Assembly: GCA_046581755.1 (NCBI GenBank)
Contig: JAYGFR010000227.1
Coordinates: 1-23,030 of the forward strand
DNA: 23,030 bases
Direction: 5' to 3'
Source of the DNA: Nitrospinota bacterium
GTDB taxonomy: Bacteria > UBA8248
The stretch's first letter is position 1; the number at the start of each line of letters is the position of its first letter. The notes below the pieces were generated by a model, which was not told the DNA's origin, did not search any database, and worked only from the letters and a program-made list of their open reading frames with translations. Shown piece after piece: positions 16,978 through 23,030 of the stretch. The translations under genes and the position numbers were made by a program.

Positions 16978-18651
16978 ATGGCCAGAATGTCCGCGGGATA
17001 TGCGGTCGCAGAGTCGCTTGCTCAACTGGGGGTGCGGAACGTCATCGGAATGGCGGGTTCGTGCATGATCGAAATTCTCGACGGAATGTACGGCCGGGAG
17101 GACCTGGGATTCGTCACCGTGCGCCACGAGCAGAGCGCGGCCTTGATGGCCAGCGCCCACGGCCGTCTCACCGGAAAGCCCGGCGTCTGCATGGCCACCA
17201 ACGGTCCGGGCGCCACCAACCTCATCACCGGGGTGGCCCACGCAAAAATGGCCCAAAGCCCCGTCCTCGTCATCACGGGCGCGCCGATGACAAAAGACAT
17301 GTTCTACGATTCCACCCAGGAAATCGACCATGTCGCCCTGTTCGGTCCGGTCGTGAAAAAATCCATTCAAGTCCGGAAGGCGGATCGCGCGGCCGACCTG
17401 ATCCGCGAGGCCTTCCATGCGGCCGTCTCCGGCATTCCGGGTCCGGTTCATGTGGACATTCCGCGCGACATCATGCTCGAGGAGGTGGACGTCCCCCGCC
17501 TCGAGGGCCACCGTTCCGACAACCTCCCCCGCGTCGGACCCGACCCCGAGGGCCTGGCCGCGGCAGCCGAATTGCTGAAGAGCGCAGAGCGGCCCCTCCT
17601 CCTCGCGGGGGGCGGAATTCTCTGGTCCGAGGCGACGGAGGATCTCCTCTCGCTGGCCGAAGCCCTCGGCGCTCCCATCATGGTTTCCACCGGAAGGGAT
17701 GACCTGGCGCCGACCGCGCATCCCCTCTTCCTCGGCTCCATCGGGCGCGGTACCATCCCCGAGGCGGCTGCCCTATTTAAAGAAGCCGACGTCATCCTCG
17801 CCGTCGGGACCCGCCTGGCCCACAGCACGACCTTCCTTCGGGACACCTTCTTCGGCGAGGGCACGAAGTTGATCCACGCCGCCCACGAGCAGGGGAGCGT
17901 AGGACGCCATTATCCGGCCGAGGTCGGCCTGGTGGGCGATTCGGGCCTTGTCCTGCGCGGGCTGCGCCGCCTCGCCGGGGAAGCCGGCGCGAGCGGGGCC
18001 TGGAAAAAACGCGTCGCCGAGGTCCGGACGGCGCAGGCCGCCCACCGCGCGGCGCCCGCATCCTATGGCGCCAGGCCCATCGATCCCCGCCGTGCGCACC
18101 TGGCCCTTTCGAAGGCGATGCCCGCGAACGCCATCGTAACCCTCGACGCCGGAAGCGCCGCCGGCTACGTTTACGAGTATCAGCGCTTCGAGAGGCCCCG
18201 GAGCCTCCTCGCCCCGCAGGATCTGGCCGCCATCGGGATCGGCTACCCCCTGGGGCTGGGGGCGAAACTCGCCTGTCCGGATCGCCCGGTCGTCACCATC
18301 AGCGGCGACGGCGCCTTCCTGTTCAACGGCGCCGAACTCGAAACCGCCATGCGCGAAAAGCTGAACACGGTGACCATCATCCTGAACAACCACAACCTGG
18401 TTTCCGAGCGCGCCTATCAGGCCCACTTCTACAACAAGCGCTACATCGGGGACGCGATCGGAAATCCCCGGTTCGACGATTACGCGCGCGCCTTCGGAGC
18501 GGTGGGCTACCGGGTCGAGGATCCGGACGAGATGGAGGATGTCTTCGCGGAGGCAATGAAGCAGGACAAGCCCGTCATCGTGGACGTGATCGTCGACGCC
18601 AATATCTATCCCGAGCCCCGGCGCAAGGACGCCGTGCGGGAGAAGGCCTAA
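16978..18651 (+). CDS. ThDP-binding enzyme, acetolactate synthase superfamily, sulfoacetaldehyde acetyltransferase (Xsc)-like
   Basis: RHEQSA (catalytic Glu), NGPGATN, GPVHVDIPRD, GDGAF...NN ThDP/Mg motif; C-terminal Q..FYNKRY....NP.F and P.R.DA recall Xsc. GGGAGA RBS. Confidence 0.85.
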   Translation: MARMSAGYAVAESLAQLGVRNVIGMAGSCMIEILDGMYGREDLGFVTVRHEQSAALMASAHGRLTGKPGVCMATNGPGATNLITGVAHAKMAQSPVLVITGAPMTKDMFYDSTQEIDHVALFGPVVKKSIQVRKADRAADLIREAFHAAVSGIPGPVHVDIPRDIMLEEVDVPRLEGHRSDNLPRVGPDPEGLAAAAELLKSAERPLLLAGGGILWSEATEDLLSLAEALGAPIMVSTGRDDLAPTAHPLFLGSIGRGTIPEAAALFKEADVILAVGTRLAHSTTFLRDTFFGEGTKLIHAAHEQGSVGRHYPAEVGLVGDSGLVLRGLRRLAGEAGASGAWKKRVAEVRTAQAAHRAAPASYGARPIDPRRAHLALSKAMPANAIVTLDAGSAAGYVYEYQRFERPRSLLAPQDLAAIGIGYPLGLGAKLACPDRPVVTISGDGAFLFNGAELETAMREKLNTVTIILNNHNLVSERAYQAHFYNKRYIGDAIGNPRFDDYARAFGAVGYRVEDPDEMEDVFAEAMKQDKPVIVDVIVDANIYPEPRRKDAVREKA

Positions 18652-20171
18652 CCCCGGGCGGTCCAGCCCGCCGCGGGCCCCTCGGTCCGCCAGGCCGCCT
18701 GATCGCCGGGAAGATACCCGGCCTGGGTCAGGGTCTCGAACGCGGGCCGGGCGCCTCCCTCTTCCGTTACCTGGCGCAATCGGGCGCAAGCGCTGCCGAT
18801 GGCCTCGAGCGCGGCGTCCAGGCGCGCCGGATCCGCCCTGGATCCGCCTCCCTCCGCGATCCGCTCCAGCCCCGGCCTGAGCCGCAAAAGCACGCGGCCC
18901 CCCTCGGCGAGAATATCCGCCCCGAAGGCCGCATCCCCCGCCGCATATCGGACCGCCGCTCGCTCCGCGAGGCGGACCCATTCCACGCAAACGCGGTGAA
19001 AAAGGAGGGGAAACTCCAGCGGGCTGTCCGGCCCGGCGGCCTCTTCCGCCTCACCGAGCGCCCGGAGGATGGCGTCCCCGGCGCTTCCGCAGGCATCCTC
19101 CCGCCACGCGCGCCAGAGCCGGAACGGGTCGCCCTGGATCGCCAGGGGCTCGCGCAGGGAGCGCCACCCGCCCGCCGCGAGGAACGAGGACGTCCGGGGA
19201 ATCCGGATTCCCAGTATCTCCGCCGCGCTGGCATGGCCCGCACCGCCCTCGGCGTCCAGCGCGGCCCCCCACGCCTCCCCCGAGGAGACGCGCCGCCCCG
19301 CCGCCATGATCAGCGGAAGGACCGAGGCGAACGGGGAGAACCCGAAAAACTCCCAGGCGCAAACGAGCATCCCCGCCGCTCCGAGGCGCTCCGCCTCCTC
19401 TCGGTGGGCGTCGATCAAGCGACGGATCTCGTCCAGAAAACACCAGTTGGCATCGTAGGAGCGCACCGCCGAGGACAGCACCACCTCAAAGCCCCGCCGC
19501 CGGAACATCGCGCTCGTCTCTCCCGGCGCATCATCGTAATCCCAGTCGAAGATCACCGTCTCCTGGGGAATGAGATCCAGCGCGCCGGGATATTTTGCGA
19601 GCATGTCTCCCCACATGCAGGGCCTTCGGCCGCGCTCCAAAACCTGGCGGCAGAGGCGCCCGAAAAATTCGGCGTAAAGGCCCTCCTTGCCCGCCTTCCC
19701 AGCGCGCTTTGCGCAGAGGGAACATTCGCCGAGTTGGTGCGTTTCATCCCCCCCGAGATGGACCCACTCGTCATCGAAGGCATCGAGCGCATCTGCCACC
19801 AGGTTTGATGCGAACTTGATGCACTCCGGGCGGCTCGGGCATATCTGGAGCACACCCTTGCCCGGCGCCTCGGCGAGCCACTGGCCGCCCTCGCTTCGGA
19901 TAAAACCCTCCATGTGGCCCAGCGTATTCAAGAAGGGAATCAGGCGGACGCCCCGCCCGGCCGCCGCCCGCGAAAGGCGTCCCGCCGCCTCAGGGGTGAG
20001 GCACCCCGGCCCCGCCGCCCAGGGCGCCGAGGGATAGGCGAAGCGGTGCTCCAGGTAAAGACCCAGCGCGTTATAGCCCGCCCCGGCCGAGCGCTCGATC
20101 AGATCGAGCAAACTCTCCTCCGAGGGCGACTGCTCCCGCGCGATGTCGTACATCCAGCCGATGAAATTCAC
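18648..20171 (-). CDS. GH20-like glycoside hydrolase (beta-N-acetylhexosaminidase-like), no signal peptide
   Basis: MYDIAR, LIPFLNTLGHME, VHLGGDET (catalytic Asp-Glu pair), MWGDML, DWDY motifs; GTG start overlaps the stop of the peptidase gene. Confidence 0.78.
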   Translation of the reverse strand: MNFIGWMYDIAREQSPSEESLLDLIERSAGAGYNALGLYLEHRFAYPSAPWAAGPGCLTPEAAGRLSRAAAGRGVRLIPFLNTLGHMEGFIRSEGGQWLAEAPGKGVLQICPSRPECIKFASNLVADALDAFDDEWVHLGGDETHQLGECSLCAKRAGKAGKEGLYAEFFGRLCRQVLERGRRPCMWGDMLAKYPGALDLIPQETVIFDWDYDDAPGETSAMFRRRGFEVVLSSAVRSYDANWCFLDEIRRLIDAHREEAERLGAAGMLVCAWEFFGFSPFASVLPLIMAAGRRVSSGEAWGAALDAEGGAGHASAAEILGIRIPRTSSFLAAGGWRSLREPLAIQGDPFRLWRAWREDACGSAGDAILRALGEAEEAAGPDSPLEFPLLFHRVCVEWVRLAERAAVRYAAGDAAFGADILAEGGRVLLRLRPGLERIAEGGGSRADPARLDAALEAIGSACARLRQVTEEGGARPAFETLTQAGYLPGDQAAWRTEGPAAGWTARG

Positions 20172-21097
20172 CGAATTCCCATTCGCTTCTCCACCCCGCA
20201 GCCCTCCGCCAGCGCCGCCACGAGCGCCCGCGTCACGCGGGTCAAAAATCCGTAGTCCAGCGTTTCGGGCAGATCGGTCTCCCGATGATAGTTCGGGTTC
20301 CGCAAGAACGCCGTGTCGGTCAGCATCACCGCCGGATACCCGCAGTCCCAGAACGGGGCATGGTCGCTCATCCGCGTCGCCGGAACCAGCAAGCCGTTGC
20401 AGGGAAAGCGGTGCGCGACGACCTCCAGCCCGGGTTCATGCGCCTTCGCCGCCGCCTCGAATGTCCGGATGATTTTTTTCGCACGGCGGTTTCCCACCAC
20501 CGCGAGAAACGTCCCCGCGTCCGGGATGGGAACGGGCAGCCGGACGGGCAGGCGCTGGCTCCCCGGCGCATCGTCCGTGTAGCCCAGCGATTCGAGAATA
20601 AAAACGCCCGCGTAGCGCTCCCAGCGAAAGAGCGCCCGGCGGGCGAAGTGGCGGCTGCCGTGGCGGCAGGCGCGGTCGGCGGCGTCCTGGGGCTCCTCGA
20701 TGCTGAACCCCGCGAAGCGGATCGTCCGCCTCGGCCGGGCCCGGCTGAGGACCGCGGCCGCCACCAGCATCGCGGCGGCCGCGCTCGCGTTGTCGTCCGC
20801 CCCCGGCGAGCCGATGGCCGCGTCATAGTGCGCCCCGGCCAGATAGGGGGGCAGATCCTCTTCCCGGCCCGGAAGCGTCGCCACGACATTAAAAAAAGGC
20901 CGCCCCCGGTACTCGAACGGATCGCGCTCGTGGGGAATGCCGAGACTCTCGAAATGCGCCTCGATGATGCGCCCCGTCTCCTCGAGCGCCTCCGGGTTCA
21001 TCTGGCCGTGCCGAAGGATCGAAAGCCTCTCCACCCACCGGCGCAGGTCCGCCTCCTTCACCGATTCGAGAAGCTGGCCGGTATCGCTCAAAGGCAT
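20168..21097 (-). CDS. M28-family zinc peptidase
   Basis: NVVA, GAHYD, PGADDNASA, EE, ILESLG, SDHAPFW, NYHRETD zinc-ligand motifs. Confidence 0.88.
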   Translation of the reverse strand: MPLSDTGQLLESVKEADLRRWVERLSILRHGQMNPEALEETGRIIEAHFESLGIPHERDPFEYRGRPFFNVVATLPGREEDLPPYLAGAHYDAAIGSPGADDNASAAAAMLVAAAVLSRARPRRTIRFAGFSIEEPQDAADRACRHGSRHFARRALFRWERYAGVFILESLGYTDDAPGSQRLPVRLPVPIPDAGTFLAVVGNRRAKKIIRTFEAAAKAHEPGLEVVAHRFPCNGLLVPATRMSDHAPFWDCGYPAVMLTDTAFLRNPNYHRETDLPETLDYGFLTRVTRALVAALAEGCGVEKRMGIR

Positions 21098-21161
21098 CGC
21101 TCAATCCCCAATGGGAGGACTATTTGCTAGAATGCCCCCAATCTACCAAGGAGACCCGTTC

Positions 21162-22130
21162 ATGGACAGGCTCATTACACTGGCCGAAATCAAGAAGGCG
21201 CGAGAGGCGCTGCCCCCCTTCGTCCGCCGGACGCCGATTCTCCCCTTTTCGGGCAATTCCACCGAGGTGGGCGCGGAAAATCTCTTCCTCAAGGCCGAAA
21301 ACCTCCAGGTCACCGGCGCCTACAAAATCCGCGCGGCCTTCACGGTTCTCAACTCTCTCTCGCCGGAGGAGCGCGCGAAAGGGGTCGTCCTCACCTCGTC
21401 CGGGAATTTCGCCCAGGCCTTCGGCTTCGCGGGCGCCCGGATGGGGGTTTCCATCGCCGTCGTCATGCTCGACCGGACGAGCGCCTACAAGGTTGCCGCC
21501 ACCCGGGGCTACGGGGCCGAGGTCGTTTTTTGCGGGACCGACGCCCTCGCCCGCCAGCCCGCCGTCGTCGAAATCGCCAAAGAGCGCGGAATGTGCGCCA
21601 TCGACACCTGGGAGGAGCCCATGGGAACGGCCGGGCACGGGACCCTCGGCCTCGAGATCGCCGAGGACATGCCCGGCGTCGAGACCGTCCTCGTCCCGGT
21701 GAGCAGCGGCGGTGTCGCCGCCGGGGTCTCGACCGCCATCAAGGAGACCCTGCCCGGCGTAAAGGTAATCGGCGTCCAGCCCGAGCGGGCGAACGCGGCT
21801 TATGTTTCGCTCCAAAAGGGCGTGCCCACCGCCATCGACTATTGGGACTCGATGGCTGATGGGCTCTCCGCCGTCCGGCCCGGGGCGTTTCCCTTCCGCC
21901 ACCTCCAGAAATACCTGGACGAGATCGTCCTCATCTCCGAGGAGGACATCGCCCGCGCCTTCCGGTCTCTTTTATTTCGCGCAAAAATCCTCGCCGAGCC
22001 CGCAGGGGCCGTCGCCGCCGCCGCGTTTTTGTCCGGCAAGGTGGATACGGGCCGCAAAACCGTCGCCGCCGTAACCGGGGGAAACGTCACGGATGAGATG
22101 ATCCGAAAGATGATGGATATGGCGGGGTGA
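21162..22130 (+). CDS. PLP-dependent Ser/Thr dehydratase or serine racemase-family enzyme (fold type II, no ACT domain)
   Basis: RTP, LKAENLQ.TGAYKIR (PLP Lys), SSGN, VPVSSGG, ADGL, AEPAGA, TGGN motifs; ATG 21162 follows AAGGAGA. Confidence 0.88.
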   Translation: MDRLITLAEIKKAREALPPFVRRTPILPFSGNSTEVGAENLFLKAENLQVTGAYKIRAAFTVLNSLSPEERAKGVVLTSSGNFAQAFGFAGARMGVSIAVVMLDRTSAYKVAATRGYGAEVVFCGTDALARQPAVVEIAKERGMCAIDTWEEPMGTAGHGTLGLEIAEDMPGVETVLVPVSSGGVAAGVSTAIKETLPGVKVIGVQPERANAAYVSLQKGVPTAIDYWDSMADGLSAVRPGAFPFRHLQKYLDEIVLISEEDIARAFRSLLFRAKILAEPAGAVAAAAFLSGKVDTGRKTVAAVTGGNVTDEMIRKMMDMAG

Positions 22131-22207
22131 GGATTCGTTCAATCGTTCCGATGAAGGTTAGCCAAATAACTTGGCCGAGTACCGAAAATTTTCCATGGAG
22201 TGTAAAA

Positions 22208-22767
22208 ATGACGGAGACACCTTCAGGATGGGGAACGGACACTTTATCTTCTTTTGTTGAGAATTGCCGGCACAATATATTTGCCAGCTTTGGCAATCTC
22301 AAGAATGAATTTCGGCAATTAGAGAGAATTGACAAGGCATATCATGAATCGATAGGCAACCTGATACATACGCCTGATTAGTGCACTGCATGCTTCCTTT
22401 TGGGGACCCATTCTTCGTTTTTGGGTGGCGCACGCCTTTCCTTGAGTGGCCAAACAACAGAATCTTTTAGGGTTCTTCGTGGGTGCATTGAAAATGCGCT
22501 ATATGGGCTTCATATTTTTCGGAGTCCAGATGACTTCGAAACGTGGCTGTGAAGACACGATGATGCACAAAGCCTGCAAAAGGTAAAGAATATTTTCAGG
22601 ACAACTTTATTATTTCAAGAACTCGAGGCAATCAATTTAAATCTTCATCGAGTAGCAAAAGAGCTTTATGATCGGACTATAGATTTCGGAGCCCATCCGA
22701 ATGAACAGGCTTTTTCTTCCAACATGAAAATTTTAGAAGGAACAGAAACGGTAAAAATGGAATTTAA
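22208..22767 (+). pseudogene. Disrupted AT-richer gene, putative HEPN-like protein
   Basis: One frame from ATG 22208 (GGAG RBS) reads as plausible protein through in-frame TAG (22379-22381) and TGA (22550-22552): ...LRGCIENALYGLHI...WL*RHDD...ELYDRTIDFGAHPNE..., then runs into an IS end at 22768. Confidence 0.7.
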
Positions 22768-23030
22768 GAGGCCGCTGAAAAATAACCTCCCGGGCTAATG
22801 GTTCTCTTCGATATGAAGCGTGTTAATTTGAGAGTTGGGATATTGCGCTGGCGCAGTATAGATACCTCGATATATGTCTTTCGTGGAGAAGATATTCCAT
22901 TATGTGGACGCCATTGACTCCCTCAACCACGCCCAAGGGCCATGTCGGGCGAATTCGCCCCCGCCGAGAGGAGCTTCACGATGCGTTTCACGTTGGCAGC
23001 GATCACCGCCAGGTGAAGCTGGATCTTCAT
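22768..23030 (-). mobile_element. Right end of an IS1182-like (IS4/IS5 superfamily) insertion sequence; continues beyond the window
   Basis: Terminal sequence GAGGCCGCTGAAAAA (22768-22782) preceded by TTAA, and a transposase-like C-terminus on the minus strand pointing towards it. Confidence 0.65.
22923..23030 (-). CDS. C-terminal fragment of a DDE transposase (partial)
   Basis: Manual translation ...MKIQLHLAVIAANVKRIVKLLSAGANSPDMALGRG* fits the Q..L...A.N.KR tail of IS1182/IS5-type transposases. Confidence 0.65.
   Translation of the reverse strand: MKIQLHLAVIAANVKRIVKLLSAGANSPDMALGRG

Noticed and set aside
22379..22552. Stop-codon recoding (Pyl/Sec or alternative genetic code)
   Set aside because: TAG and TGA terminate many intact genes in this window, two different stops are involved, and the gene is also IS-truncated; pseudogenisation is simpler.
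1..23030. tRNA, rRNA, CRISPR arrays, known riboswitches
   Set aside because: No cloverleaf, rRNA signature, repeat-spacer array or riboswitch consensus recognised by eye; an Rfam/tRNAscan run would be needed to exclude them.

Overview
GC-rich bacterial chromosomal window, mostly metabolic genes. Left part: a divergent cluster. Leftward are an aldo/keto reductase, an LVIVD-repeat beta-propeller and an MDMPI/DinB-family metalloenzyme; rightward are a form II CoxS-L-M-type molybdenum hydroxylase, a second MDMPI paralogue and a YacP-like NYN nuclease. Middle: a minus-strand glycan-modification operon with two NDP-sugar SDR enzymes, a 54-aa DUF5989/SxtK-like micropeptide missing from the ORF track, a short SxtJ-like membrane protein, a NodU/CmcH O-carbamoyltransferase and a membrane-anchored SGNH protein. 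Right part: a standalone HDOD protein, an Xsc-like ThDP enzyme, a GH20-like hydrolase coupled to an M28 peptidase, a PLP Ser/Thr dehydratase-family enzyme, then an AT-richer HEPN-like pseudogene cut by the right end of an IS1182-like element. The best lead is the micropeptide's C-terminal FVYTLF, which matches the DltX/AlgI tyrosine acyl-shuttle motif and suggests an MBOAT-free carbamoyl relay to envelope glycans. All family calls are from motif recognition, not database searches.
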